From Acidobacteriota bacterium (lineage in GTDB: Bacteria; Acidobacteriota; UBA6911; RPQK01; JADFOI01), in assembly GCA_963663035.1 (NCBI GenBank), contig OY760074.1, forward strand, positions 3,258,967-3,322,966: a stretch of 64,000 nt of DNA, read 5' to 3'. The notes below the pieces were generated by a model, which did no database searches, was not told the origin of the DNA, and saw only the letters and a program-made list of their open reading frames with translations. Every line of letters starts with the position of its first letter. Position 1 is the first letter of the stretch. Of this stretch, positions 48,230 through 59,122 are shown in pieces. The position numbers and the translations under genes were made by a program.

Positions 48230-48362
48230 TGGTGCCGGAGGGGGGAGTCGAAACCTCACGAGAGTCACCCTTCGCCGTATTTATGAAGTGAGCCACTAAG
48301 GTGAGTCCACTCGACTAGTGAAGAAAAGCTAATGTTTTCAATCGCTTCCCTGATTTATCGCC
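48230..48362. repeat. degenerate copy of tRNA-Leu 3' segment plus island arm (oldest att remnant), fused to a family-2-like motif
   Basis: TGGTGCCGGAGGGGGGAGTCGAAACCTCACGAGAGTCACCCTTCGCC then CGTATTTATGAAGTGAG (family-2 subterminal motif) then a diverged R-arm. Confidence 0.55.
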
Positions 48363-48620
48363 AATCATAAATAGGAAGAACGAGTTTTCGGAAGCCACCG
48401 GAAAGAGTCCTCACGCCTTGGTGGTGGGGTCATCCAGGATGTGTCGGGTTCGGGGAGGAAACGAGCATCGCGTACTACAAGCCAGCCTTGCGGAAGAGGC
48501 ATGCGCGAGAGTGTTCCTCTGCGCGTCACCCACTTCATAGCACCACGATCCTGGCATAGTCTTGCGAGCTCAAGTGTTGCCGTTGCATCGCGTGTGTTGT
48601 AATCGAGCACCTCAGCATGT

Positions 48621-49887
48621 TGACCTTGCCCCCTAAAACGAGTCCAGTTTGAATGTTAGGATTTCCGGTTTAGGAAGGAGGCAAGGATGGCAGGGAAGCG
48701 GTTTAGGGCAGAACAGATCATCATGAAGCTGCGTGAGGCAGAGGTGGGTCTGGCCCAAGGACAGAGGGTGGGACAGGTGTCGAAGCAGATGGGGGTGAGC
48801 GAGCAGACCTACTACCGGTGGCGCAAAGAGTACGGAGGGCTCCGGTTGGACCAGGCCAAGAGGTTGAAGGTGTTGGAGAAGGAGAATACCCGGTTGAAGA
48901 AGCTGGTGGCGGATCTGTCTTTGGACAAGCAGATCCTGAAGGAAGTGTCCTCGGGAAACTTCTAGGCCCGGCGAACAGGAGACGAGCGGTGATGTGGGTA
49001 CGAGAGCGATTAGGAGCAGAGCGAGTCTCCGAACGTCGGGCCTGCCAAGTGCTGGGACAGGTTCGATCGACCCAGCGAAGGGAAAGGCAAATTCCCGATG
49101 ATGAGGCCCGATTGGTGGCCCGGATGGTGGAGTTGGCTACGCAATACGGGCGTTATGGCTACCGGCGGGTCACGGCGATACTTCATGGGGAAGGGTGGAA
49201 GGTGAATCCTAAGCGGGTGGAGAGGCTGTGGAGACAAGAAGGGCTGAAAGTCCCGTCCAGACAGCCGAAACGAAGGAGGCTGTGGCTTAATGACGGTTCC
49301 TGTGTTCGGTTACGAGCGGCTCGCAAGAACCACGTCTGGAGCTATGATTTCGTGCATGAACGGACCCATGATGGGCGAGCCTTTCGGCTATTGACGATCC
49401 TGGATGAGTACACCAGAGAGTGCCTCGCCATTGATGTGAAACGGCAGATGAATCACCAAGACGTGTTGGACCGGCTGGCGGAGTTATTCGTTGATCGGGG
49501 AGTGCCTGAGTTTATCCGGTCCGATAACGGATCGGAGTTTACGGCACAGGCGGTCCGGGACTGGCTGCAGGCTGTTGGGGTAAGGACCTTGTACATCGAG
49601 CCGGGCAGCCCCTGGGAGAATGGGTACATTGAGAGTTTCAACGGGAAACTACGGGATGAGCTGCTGAACATGGAGATCTTCGACACGCTGGGGGAAGCCA
49701 AGGTGTTGGTAGAACGCTGGCGGAGGGATTACAATCAGATCCGGCCTCACAGCGCCTTGGCCTATCGGCCGCCGGCGCCAGAGGCCAAACTACCTAGGTC
49801 GCAGGCACTGGATCCAATCCCTTGGAGTGGACTTCAAATGGTCCCGGGTCTAGCATAGAGGGTGGACTCGTTCGTGGGGGCAGGTCA
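48621..49887 (+). mobile_element. IS3-family insertion sequence (1267 bp) with imperfect 27-bp IRs and 4-bp ATGT target duplication
   Basis: IRL TGACCTTGCCCCCTAAAACGAGTCCAG; IRR rc TGACCTGCCCCCACGAACGAGTCCACC; ATGT on both flanks. Confidence 0.8.
48687..49858 (+). CDS. IS3-family transposase OrfAB (HTH OrfA plus DDE/rve OrfB via -1 frameshift at G_GGA_AAC, 48953-48959)
   Basis: OrfA 48687-48965 with HTH and leucine zipper; OrfB rve core ...DNGSEF...; slippery heptamer in correct register; post-shift peptide [15 protein letters not shown] continues OrfB. Confidence 0.8.
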
Positions 49888-50437
49888 ATGTCGACCCTCA
49901 GCCCACAAGATAGGAGCCTTCGAGCCTTTAATCCCTGAATGCTTTCCCTTAATACCCATTCCCTGTGCCGCCTTGTCAAGACTAACTAAATGTCCCAGGA
50001 CGCAAACTGCGTGAAACATAATGTCAACGTGTCCAAGCGCTAGACTGGCGCACTCCTCGACTAGACCCGACTCTTCGGCAAGAATGTTGAAGTCAAAGTT
50101 CAGACCATTCCAGGTAAGGAGAGTGAAGCCGTTGTTCACCAGGTTAACCAAGTCGAGCACCATCCGCTTGCTCTCTTCATGGCTCATAGATTCCGCGGGC
50201 TCCCCAAGTTTGGAACGACCATGCCAAATAAGTGGTGTCGCATGATCTTCTCTTACCCCAGCTGCACAGCAGATCCCAAGTGGTCTGTGAGACAGTAGAT
50301 CAGATGTGGTCTCGGGTAGTACCTTAGCCGTTTCAAGATCGAATGCCAGATATTTCCTTTTCATCCTGTGAGGCTACGGCTTGAGTCTGGTCAAAGTTTC
50401 CTTGGTTGAGGAACGACAAACAAAATAAGGAAGATGT

Positions 50438-50707
50438 TCAACGGTAAGTCTTTTCACTCCCGGAGAGAATAGCAGAGATTATAATACGACGTGGGGGTTC
50501 AGAGAGAGGAACAAAAATAAGGCGATACCGACCAACGCGTTTACGGTATCGCCCTTCCCAACCCGCACCCTTAAGAGCCTTTGAATCACCAGCGAAAGGG
50601 TCTTTCTTGAGTGTTTCAATGGCCTTGCTAATGCGTTGCTGGGTGTCACAGGGGAGTTTGCGCAACTGCTTTACAGCGGTACGGGTAAGCTGGACTGACC
50701 AGGTCAT
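50438..50707 (-). CDS. type II toxin, RelE/ParE family
   Basis: 89 aa; ...RVGRYRLIFVPLSEPPRRIIISAIL; 4-nt gap to upstream antitoxin. Confidence 0.7.
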   Translation of the reverse strand: MTWSVQLTRTAVKQLRKLPCDTQQRISKAIETLKKDPFAGDSKALKGAGWEGRYRKRVGRYRLIFVPLSEPPRRIIISAILSGSEKTYR

Positions 50708-50711
50708 TTCG

Positions 50712-50975
50712 TTAGAGCTTTAATTCGGTCTTCACATCTTCCCAAGCCACAACCTCACCCCGTTGGATATCTTGTTCGGCCTTGCGAACAATGGCTTCCT
50801 CTTTTGCGGTGAGAACGTCATCAGGGTCTACAAGTTTCTTAGGTTTGATGACAACAGTACCGTTTTTTGCGTTCCGGACGACCTCAACGAAATCACCTTG
50901 CTTTAGGTTAAGCGCTTCACAAATGTCTTTAGGAATGACTACCTGACGGCGTTGACCTAGCTTACTAACAGGCAT
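50712..50975 (-). CDS. type II antitoxin, AbrB/MazE (SpoVT) family
   Basis: 87 aa; RRQVVIPKDICEALNLKQGDFVEVV swapped-hairpin motif. Confidence 0.7.
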   Translation of the reverse strand: MPVSKLGQRRQVVIPKDICEALNLKQGDFVEVVRNAKNGTVVIKPKKLVDPDDVLTAKEEAIVRKAEQDIQRGEVVAWEDVKTELKL

Positions 50976-51171
50976 AGTTTATGCCCTCCTTAAGGTTGGT
51001 GTTTGCCTAGTTATCATACTGTCAGATTCACAGATTGTCAGAAATACGTCAAGCGACGAGAGTTACAGGAATTATCCCCCACTGACTTGAGGTGCCAATT
51101 TGGAGCCTCAAGTCATCAAACTCGGAGATGGGGACGAAATGGGAACAGAAGCCTTCTGTTGTGGGAAAAGA

Positions 51172-51355
51172 TGGTGCCGGAGGGGGGAGTCGAACCCCCA
51201 CGAGAGTCACCCCTCACCAGATTTTGAGTTTGAGCTAAATCCACTCGATTTGTGAAGAAAAGCTGATATTTATCAACAGGTTCTCGGATTATTCACCAAT
51301 CCAAATAAGTGAAAGATGACGAAAGATTGAGCTTTCAACCGGGCCAAAAACGGGC
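51172..51355. repeat. tRNA-Leu 3' 61-nt direct repeat plus conserved ~125-bp R-arm (island junction, no L-arm)
   Basis: TGGTGCCGGAGGGGGGAGTCGAACCCCCACGAGAGTCACCCCTCACCAGATTTTGAGTTTG (59/61 identical to tRNA 3' end) followed by arm AGCTAAATCCACTCGATTTGTGAAGAAAAGCTGATATTTATCAAC... Confidence 0.75.
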
Positions 51356-51945
51356 AATAATAATCGGGTAGTAAAGGGATACAACAAGCTTAGTACCGAA
51401 AAGATTCGGAAAGCGTTAGGAATGTGGAGAGTCCATACCGTTGGGTTCCTCACCCAAAGACGCAGAATGCCCCCATCCATCTTTCTGATTCGTATATACA
51501 GCAGCTGATATTCCCTTCTAACCTCCCAAAGTCTTACTTAACATCTCGGAACAATCCGAGGGAGGCTCCGATGCTCGGGACGACCATTTTCCATTACCGC
51601 ATTCTGGAGAAAATCGGAGAAGTGAGGTGGGGGAAGTGTCTCGCGTGGAGGATACCAATCTGAAGCGACGGTATAACAGTGCCGTTCAGCGGCGAACGGC
51701 GCGTCTGCATGAAGCCCTTTTGGCCATAACCGCGCCGGTCGTCCGCTGCAACGGCGAGTTAGATGCCGGTGTCACGAAGTGCCAAACCCACAGCGCCAAA
51801 AGACCCTCATCTGACCCGTTTCCACCTTATCTGAAAGTGCGAAATCTAATAGTAAGCTCTGGCTCTCGCCACTAATATCCTCCACGATCATGCTTCATGT
51901 ATGATGCGGCGGGAGCCACATTTTTCCTTTTTCCACTCCGTGGCG

Positions 51946-52773
51946 TTAGCCAGTATCTTGGCCCCCATGACGGACCGCCACTAGTGGGCGTGGAAGACAG
52001 ATATCAACTTTTCTCTCAGTCTCCATAGTCAACCATAACTTCGGTAGAGGAAGCTTGCTAGTCGTGCTATTTTCCTTCTCTTCACAGCGTTCCTCCGCTT
52101 TTAAAGACGCTTCATAGGGCAATTTGGAGAGGAAAGAAGCCGAGAATAACTTAGAGGGTAAATCGTCTACGTTGATTTCAATCGAACCTCCCGGCGAAAG
52201 AAGTTGATCCACTTGATGGATGTACCCCTCTGCTTCGAGTTGTTTGACATGCACAGGGCAAGAGCCATGACTCTGGACTTGAATCGTTGAGGAGATCCTG
52301 AACTCACCAACCCGGCGAAAGTGAAGAAGAAAATCCAAATTCCGATTCACACGCAAGCGTTCCACTTCCTCGAAACTAAATCGTTCTTCTTGCCGAAGGC
52401 TCGAGTCCAAGATCTCAATCCACTGGGAGGAATACTCTTTTAGAATGCCTTCATACTCAACGGAAGTCTCCCCTTGCAATGCTTCGGCTACCACTCGATG
52501 ACCGATGTAACGCTCAAGAATAGGTTCAAAAGCATTTGGCACTGCTCCCAACACCATTTGACCCATCTGGTTCAAACGGGCATCCTGTGACTGCAAAACC
52601 GGTGATTCGACTGACCTCTTTGTTTTCGCTGCGATCACGCCAAATGATTGGGTCAATGCATCGCGAAAGGTATTTAAAAAACTCCGGAGACCTCGACGCA
52701 CAGAACGCCAGAATTTAGGAGGAGCAGCTCGCTCAATTTCTCGAATCCTCCGTCTTTGATTCTCTTGGGACAA
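51946..52773 (-). CDS. hypothetical protein (island cargo, low GC)
   Basis: 275-aa ORF; overlaps by 100 nt in another frame the upstream 130-aa membrane ORF 52674-53066, possibly one frameshifted gene. Confidence 0.35.
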   Translation of the reverse strand: MSQENQRRRIREIERAAPPKFWRSVRRGLRSFLNTFRDALTQSFGVIAAKTKRSVESPVLQSQDARLNQMGQMVLGAVPNAFEPILERYIGHRVVAEALQGETSVEYEGILKEYSSQWIEILDSSLRQEERFSFEEVERLRVNRNLDFLLHFRRVGEFRISSTIQVQSHGSCPVHVKQLEAEGYIHQVDQLLSPGGSIEINVDDLPSKLFSASFLSKLPYEASLKAEERCEEKENSTTSKLPLPKLWLTMETERKVDICLPRPLVAVRHGGQDTG

Positions 52774-53297
52774 CTCGTCATGATAACGGTAAATTGTCCG
52801 TAGGCGCGCCAGGTCGCTTTGATACAGAATAAAACTGGTCTCGATATGTCCCGCTGAGTCTGATGAGGCGTCGGATAAAGCAATTCAACACTGTTGAAAA
52901 AAACATTCAGGCGCCCCCAAACGCACTTACCGTCATTCATCTCGATTGTCACGTTGAAACCGGTGAAGTCGTTAAGGCAAAGATCTCGGCTTCGTCGCTG
53001 GATGTAAGTCCCTACCAGGGCCGTTACGAAAATAAAAAGAAGCGTGGCAATGAAGATTGAGTCCATAGCTTTTCAAGACCACCCTTTACACTACCAGGAA
53101 CAATGATCGCACCAACCGCCGCCCGCAGCACCCATCCAATGGTGCGAAGCTGAGCCGGAGGATATTTCCAATAGATTCACGCTCATTCACCCTCTTTAGA
53201 GAGAAGATTGACATTGTTGTGTTCGTTCTTGCGTCTTTGGGGCGGTAACTCTGTCTGTGCTTTGGCTCACATTCGTGAAGTCAATGCGGGGGCATCA

Positions 53298-53906
53298 TTA
53301 ATCGTTTTGACAGGCTTCACCTATTGTCTCCCCGAGTAGGCGTGTCAGGTCCTCGTTGTCGTATCTCATACCTCCCACGATTTCCTTTGCCCGTGATGAG
53401 AGTCGTTGATAGCCCCACGTACAACGGCTTTTGGTTTCCACGCAGCCTTCGCGTTGGTAGTACAAAGGCATGTTCACCTCAAAGAAGGAAATACTATCTG
53501 CATCTTTGAGCAGGTCAGAACGCGGATCACCTCCAACCTCATGAAGGGTCACCAACCGGCAAGCCTCGTCAGCCGTAGCTTTGGTTACACGGCACTTTTC
53601 CAGGATCGCTCCCAGAATATCAGCCCCATTACGCGCATGAGCAGCCTTGAAGGCGTCATAGTTGTCATAATGAGAGCGACGTACCTTTTGGGCTGTGACG
53701 GCTCGCTCAATGTCATGGGCGAGAGCGGCAATTTGCAATGCTTCGTCACTTTTGGGAGCGAGTCTTAACAGCCACTCAAGGGTATTTTCGGCATGGTGAG
53801 GGTCTTCTGGAACATCGGAGCCTGCAATAATCGCTTTGGTTCTTACTTTTGCGCATTCTATGCTATCCATGATCGCGGCAAACGATAACACGGCGGATGG
53901 TTTCAA
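53298..53906 (-). CDS. HD-domain phosphohydrolase
   Basis: H...HD motif (IAALAHDIER), 202 aa. Confidence 0.6.
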   Translation of the reverse strand: MKPSAVLSFAAIMDSIECAKVRTKAIIAGSDVPEDPHHAENTLEWLLRLAPKSDEALQIAALAHDIERAVTAQKVRRSHYDNYDAFKAAHARNGADILGAILEKCRVTKATADEACRLVTLHEVGGDPRSDLLKDADSISFFEVNMPLYYQREGCVETKSRCTWGYQRLSSRAKEIVGGMRYDNEDLTRLLGETIGEACQND

Positions 53907-55419
53907 AGTTCATCGCTATGGCAAGCACAAAGAGCGTCAAATAAGGCTGGTTGAATAGGGCACCTAAGAATATCAGCAAGAGTCGGAGGTCGCGGCCCAC
54001 ACGAAGTCCCTTGCCCCAACGGCCGAGCATGCGCTTGTCGTATTTGTCCGCGGTATAGCTCACCATGAAGGAACCGGTAATCGCCAGAAATCCAGTCAAT
54101 AGGATGAGGCTATCCAAATCGTTTGCGTAGGCGTGCCAGGTGAGGCCAAAAAGAAGGGCTGCGTCGGCATAACGGTCCAGGACCGCATCGAGCCATCCTC
54201 CGTAATGGCTGCTTTGGAACTTGAGCCGCGCTACTTCCCCATCGCATCCGTCGATGACCGAGGCGAACTGGACCAGCAAACCGCCCAGCAAAAGCATGGC
54301 ATAACTCCCCAGAGAAAACAGACCAGCGGCCAGTACCGAACACAGGAAGGAAAACAGGGAGATTTGATTGGGGGTGATCGGGTACTTCATCAATTGGCGG
54401 GAAATCCTTGCCGACAACGGTCGGTTGACGTGACGTGAGACAGGCCCATCGCTGGGCTTGTCCCCCAGATTAGCCAACAGCGCGTTCTCTGCCCGCCTAA
54501 AGGCCGTGGGATCATCTACGTCAATCACGAAGTAACCCCTAACCTCAACAGTTTTAACCCGATCCTGGCCGGCCAGGACACGCACCGCTGCGGACAGACT
54601 CGTATCGCCGTATTCCTTTGCGCAATACTCCAACGCATCAAAAATGGAAGGAGTGCAGAGGAAAATACCAGTGTCAAAGCCATTGAAGTCCGTCAAGCCC
54701 TTACCGATGTCACGTAACTTGTCCCCTTCCGTCTTGACTCGGGTGACATCCTCCATATCGATGAGGGGATTGCCAATATTACTGTCTACGCCCAGGATGA
54801 TTTCGCCGTCGGTTCGAGGAACCCTCATCAACTCGCGGGCAATGGTTGGATCAAAGAGATGATCCGCCATCAGCAACAGAAAGGATCCACGCAGATACTT
54901 CCGTGCCTTGAGCACCGAAAGGCCGTTTTCTTTTTTCCAGTCCTCGTTAACAATTGGGGTGATATGAACTTCCAGACGGTCGGTCAGACGGTTCAGAAAG
55001 TCTTGAACACGCCTCCCCTGGTATCCGGTAACTACATAAAAGTCATCCACTCCGGCCTCCAGCCCTGAGCGGATGACCCTTTCAATCAAGGGAACCCCTA
55101 AAATGGGGGTGAGCGGTTTGCAACTACCGTTCTGCCGTAGCCGGCTTCCCTCCCCAGCCGCGATAATGAGACACTTCACACTCACCGACTCAGTCGTTCG
55201 TGGCGCCCCAAGCGTGACCGCTAGCCCAGCGCAATCAGCTGGCATCTGTTTTGGAGTATCAGTGACAATCTCTGGCGATGGGCTTGCTTGGAAAACGGTC
55301 GAGTCCCGGCCCGGCTTAAAACTGCCAGGCGGTGTCAGACCCGTGCCCGTCGGTACCTCCAACACCCTTCGAGTGTTGGAGGTACCGGAACGAATCATGT
55401 GCAGCAGTGAAGTCCACAT
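53863..55419 (-). CDS. bifunctional sugar/inositol-phosphate cytidylyltransferase / CDP-alcohol phosphatidyltransferase (IPCT-DIPPS-like)
   Basis: N-terminal LIIAAGEGSRL nucleotidyltransferase motif; C-terminal DGCDGEVARLKFQSSHYGGWLDAVLD = D-x2-DG-x2-AR-x8-G-x3-D-x3-D CDP-OH transferase signature with ~6 TM helices. Confidence 0.6.
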   Translation of the reverse strand: MWTSLLHMIRSGTSNTRRVLEVPTGTGLTPPGSFKPGRDSTVFQASPSPEIVTDTPKQMPADCAGLAVTLGAPRTTESVSVKCLIIAAGEGSRLRQNGSCKPLTPILGVPLIERVIRSGLEAGVDDFYVVTGYQGRRVQDFLNRLTDRLEVHITPIVNEDWKKENGLSVLKARKYLRGSFLLLMADHLFDPTIARELMRVPRTDGEIILGVDSNIGNPLIDMEDVTRVKTEGDKLRDIGKGLTDFNGFDTGIFLCTPSIFDALEYCAKEYGDTSLSAAVRVLAGQDRVKTVEVRGYFVIDVDDPTAFRRAENALLANLGDKPSDGPVSRHVNRPLSARISRQLMKYPITPNQISLFSFLCSVLAAGLFSLGSYAMLLLGGLLVQFASVIDGCDGEVARLKFQSSHYGGWLDAVLDRYADAALLFGLTWHAYANDLDSLILLTGFLAITGSFMVSYTADKYDKRMLGRWGKGLRVGRDLRLLLIFLGALFNQPYLTLFVLAIAMNFETIRRVIVCRDHG

Positions 55420-55794
55420 TTCAGTTCTCCAAACACACTCGCACTCCGGTTGCAGTGCGGTCGAAGCAATTCATCTGACCGACTATGGTTCCGGACTTGG
55501 TGACTCGACACACCTGGTTTTGAGCTGCCTCTGTATCTTCTGCGTTGCTGTGCCTAAAAAGGAAAAAGAGGGGCAAGCTCTTGTGGTCTCCCCAGGGGAG
55601 AAGAGAGGTTCTTAACCGCCCTTATCTTCACCCGCCACCACGGCCCTGTCAAGGGGGAAGCGCTTTTCCGGTGATTCCTCCCGAACTGCGACCACTGGAG
55701 TCCTCTGATTAACAGACCGAAATAGGGGAGATCACAAAAGTAAGACGGGACGGAACTCTTTTGGTTTTTGACCAGATGGCTTGATTGTAAGCAT

Positions 55795-56196
55795 TAGGCG
55801 TGCTCAATAGTGGGCACAGTCTGGGCACATCACCCAACTAACTTACGTTTTATCAATAGGTTGAAATGCCGCACTAGATCTCCTGTCTGGAGAGCACCAG
55901 CTGAAACCCAAGGAATAAACGGGTTTCAGCCGATGTGGGAGACGGAGACAGGGGAGTCAGCTTTCTCGAGTCTGAAAAAGAGAGAAGACTTTTCTGGAGT
56001 GAAAACCATGGTGCCGGAGGGGGGGGAGTCGAACCCCCACGAGAGTCACCCCTCGCCAGATTTTGAGTCTGAGTGAGTTCCACTCGATTTGTGAAGAAAA
56101 GCTTATATTTATCAACCAGTTCCAGGATTCTTCGCCAATCCAAATAAGTGAAACATTACGAAAGATTGAGGTTTGAAGCGGGCGAAAAACGGGCGG
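55795..56196. repeat. composite island-junction repeat: ~210-bp L-arm, tRNA-Leu 3' 61-nt copy (56009-56071) and ~125-bp R-arm
   Basis: L-arm shared with 60447-60616 and 62929-63136 (GCTCAATAGTGGGCACAGTCTGGGCACA ... hairpin CTGAAACCC-AAGGAATAAAC-GGGTTTCAG); R-arm shared with 60678-60801, 51233-51355 and 48279-48362. Confidence 0.8.
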
Positions 56197-56664
56197 CGGG
56201 CACAAACCGCTTCCTTGTCATGTCTTGCCTCATTTTTAAATCGAAAAGCCTAACATGCAACCTGGACTCGTTTTAGGGTGTAAGGTCAATTTCTTGCGAG
56301 AGAATAGCCTTGATGCTGGGCTGAGTTATGATGAGAAAGATCATGAGAAGCGATTGGCAGAAGAATTTTCCTTGGTGGAAAGAAGGAAGAAGAAGAGGAA
56401 GAGGATAGGGACCCAGAAGAATTGAGGAGACGTCTTATCGAGCAACACAATCAGCAGACAAATCAAAAGTATCCAGAAATCTCCGCTGAACTTCTAGCCT
56501 TGTTATGAGACTGAAAGTGTAAGTAGTGTAATCAACCTAGAAACTGAGTCAGGTATCAGACTCGGGTTAACCGGATTGGGGATTTGCAGTCCGCACACGA
56601 TTCTTGGAGGAATGCGCTTGAACTTGGATACAACAATTTCAAAATTCGAGTGTGCTACTTCCCG

Positions 56665-58869
56665 CTAACCGCTCAGCCATGCCTGCAGAATGGCCTTGAT
56701 CTGGTTCCAAAAAAGGGCGCTCAGGAGCGCGACAGTGAGCAGAGCGGCCAGCAGGGCAACCAGGCCGACACGAGTCCAACGAAACACGCCGTATCCGGTT
56801 TGACGTAGAAAGAGGGTGACCAGGTCGCGGCGTTCCTTGCGTGCCCCTTCTGGCAAGTGGGGCGTGTGGCTGAAGAGATAGCCGAGCCGTCGCGTCATGT
56901 ACATGCGGAAATTCACCGCCCAGCCGCACGCCTCCAACAGAGCGCTCATGTCCCGCTTGCGCAGCTTGTTCCAACCCGAAAGTGCACTGAACAGGGCCAC
57001 CACCAGCACCAGGCTCACCAAGGCAATGCCGGCTTTCAGAAAGCTGATCTGCGAAAGTGTCTTGATCAGGTAGACCAGCGAGGAACCGACAGCGGCGAAG
57101 GCAATGCCGCCACCCAGCAGCAGGTCGCGCATGCCAGGGCTGGAAGGGGGTGCCGCTCCCGCCGATGGCACCTGGGTAGGCTGCTGGAGCGACTCGCCTT
57201 TTTCCATCTTCGTTGTGATCTCGGTGGTGGCCTTTTCCAGAGACCCGGCCCGGGTGCCTGCAAAGGCTTCAACCTTCTCGGAGAATAGCTTTTTTGCTTT
57301 CACAAAAGGCGACTTGATCGCCTCCCACAGGCTGATGGGATTCTCGACCATATCCACTACTCGTGCGTCCCACTCCTTGCCCTGCAGATCATAGAAGATA
57401 CCGCGCTTGCCAATTTCGAGGGCCCCCTGGCCGCCAGCCGTGAGGGCGGCGGCAATCTCGAAACTCCGCCCCTGCTCCTGGGGCATGGTGATCTCGGCGT
57501 ACACCAGAAACATCTTGCTGGTCTGGGCGATCTTCTTGTGCTCGGCGCGGTTTCGGACCTTCACTGTAAAGGCAAGTTCGCGGCCGTCAATGATCAGGTC
57601 GCCTAATTCAAACAGGGCACGGCGACTGGGGTCGTACAGCGCCGAGAAACTTACAAAGTTGTTGGCCAGTTCCAGGAGCCAGCGCTGGTACAGGATGAGC
57701 TTCTCCAGGTCAGTCACTTGCTTCACCTCATCCTTTACCGCCAGATCCTCCAGTAGGAGCTGGAGAAGTCTTTTCTGAGCCGGACCATCTAAGTATTCTT
57801 TCAGCGTGGTCTCACTCAACTCACTGACGCCATCCGATGGCTTCTCCGCCTTCCACGCACAATAGGGCTCGAAGATGGTCTTGACCTGCTGCCAGCCGAT
57901 CCGCGTGAGAGATTCGTGGGAGTCCGGCTGGGCACGGGCAAGGACCCGGTCTTGTAGTTCGTCCATCTGATCCTGGTAGTACGGATTGATGGGGCCCTGC
58001 AAGTTCAATACACCTTCAGCATTAGGCGTTTGCAGTGGCGCTTGCGCGAGCTGTTTTTCCATGGCCCCGAGGTCGGAGCCGTCCAGGTTTTGGAGATCTT
58101 GTTGACTCAGGCTGATCCGTTCGGCGGTGCGGGCATCGAGCTTTACCAGGTCGCACTGCCAGAAGAACTGTTCGATCTTGGCATCGAGTTCAGACGTGAG
58201 CTTCACGGCGGCCGCCGTGTCGTCGCCCCAGGGCAGAATCCCTGCCGCGCCGTCATCTTCGGCGAGTGCCTTCCAGGCCAGGTAATTCCTCACACCATCC
58301 AGGAATTGGCACAGGTGACCTTCGTTGATGCCGTCTGCGCCGCTCATATCCTTGGTACTGCCCACCTGCTCGAGTACGTCACTTGCCAACTGTGCCGCAG
58401 CCGGATCCGAAACGTGCTGGGGGGGGAGTACCCCGTCGCCGTTGGGAGGGGTCATCCCGTACGTATTCCGAAAGATGCGCACCTGTTCCAGGCTTATCTC
58501 GTCCAAGTTCTTGACCTTCAGTTGTCCCAGGATATGGATCGCGGCTTCCTTGAGCTTCCGGCCCTCCTCGTGGCTGGTATCCAGGTCCGCGAGGCGAAGG
58601 ACGTCTGAGGAATCGGCCATTCGGTCGCCTTTCGCTATCATACGGAACATCCATCTCACTGCCGCCCGCAAATGCTCGGCACGGATGGTCCCGCTACCGT
58701 CCTGATTCAAGTACTTGAGGAACGCGGGATCGCACTGTAGGCTTTCGATCTGCACGCTGGTGGCGGCCCAGCGAGCTGGGTGGAGCTGGTGGATGAAGGC
58801 AAGATCCTCCGCGCTCTCGATGCGCAGTTGGTGGATCCCGCCGTAATTTCGGAAGACAATGGGCTTCAT
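56665..58869 (-). CDS. large hypothetical protein (~735 aa) with C-terminal multi-TM region; no recognisable domain
   Basis: Start MKPIVFRNYGG with GGAG RBS; soluble acidic ~560-aa region then 3-4 TM helices; high GC. Confidence 0.45.
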   Translation of the reverse strand: MKPIVFRNYGGIHQLRIESAEDLAFIHQLHPARWAATSVQIESLQCDPAFLKYLNQDGSGTIRAEHLRAAVRWMFRMIAKGDRMADSSDVLRLADLDTSHEEGRKLKEAAIHILGQLKVKNLDEISLEQVRIFRNTYGMTPPNGDGVLPPQHVSDPAAAQLASDVLEQVGSTKDMSGADGINEGHLCQFLDGVRNYLAWKALAEDDGAAGILPWGDDTAAAVKLTSELDAKIEQFFWQCDLVKLDARTAERISLSQQDLQNLDGSDLGAMEKQLAQAPLQTPNAEGVLNLQGPINPYYQDQMDELQDRVLARAQPDSHESLTRIGWQQVKTIFEPYCAWKAEKPSDGVSELSETTLKEYLDGPAQKRLLQLLLEDLAVKDEVKQVTDLEKLILYQRWLLELANNFVSFSALYDPSRRALFELGDLIIDGRELAFTVKVRNRAEHKKIAQTSKMFLVYAEITMPQEQGRSFEIAAALTAGGQGALEIGKRGIFYDLQGKEWDARVVDMVENPISLWEAIKSPFVKAKKLFSEKVEAFAGTRAGSLEKATTEITTKMEKGESLQQPTQVPSAGAAPPSSPGMRDLLLGGGIAFAAVGSSLVYLIKTLSQISFLKAGIALVSLVLVVALFSALSGWNKLRKRDMSALLEACGWAVNFRMYMTRRLGYLFSHTPHLPEGARKERRDLVTLFLRQTGYGVFRWTRVGLVALLAALLTVALLSALFWNQIKAILQAWLSG

Positions 58870-59122
58870 AACGCACATTCTACTCCATTGCAGGGAATGT
58901 AAGGCAGTACGAGATCTGAACAGGTCAAGGCTCGGGCTTGGGCATGTGCAGCCGACACCTCTCCCTGACTTGGCTGAGTCCGAGAGGAAGGAAGAAGTTA
59001 TGAAAGGAGTCGTGCCAGCACGAGCAGGTTGTAGCTCAGGACCGAAAGGTGCGCGTAGCGCTGAAAGTGAGACCAAAGACCCGCTTGGCCATGGAGATGC
59101 AACCTTCAATGCCGGCTCGGAA

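Larger units (their letters stand above)
48365..50364 (-). pseudogene. DnaQ-like DEDD 3'-5' exonuclease gene split by the IS3-family insertion
   Basis: N-part 49888-50364: FDLETA (Exo I), NFDFNIL (Exo II). C-part 48365-48620: YNTRDATATLELA (Exo III). The IS lies exactly between them. Confidence 0.6.

Noticed and set aside
55073-55615. ORF 55073-55615 (+)
   Set aside because: Antisense to the 5' end of the IPCT/DIPPS-like gene, with no RBS and low-complexity translation.
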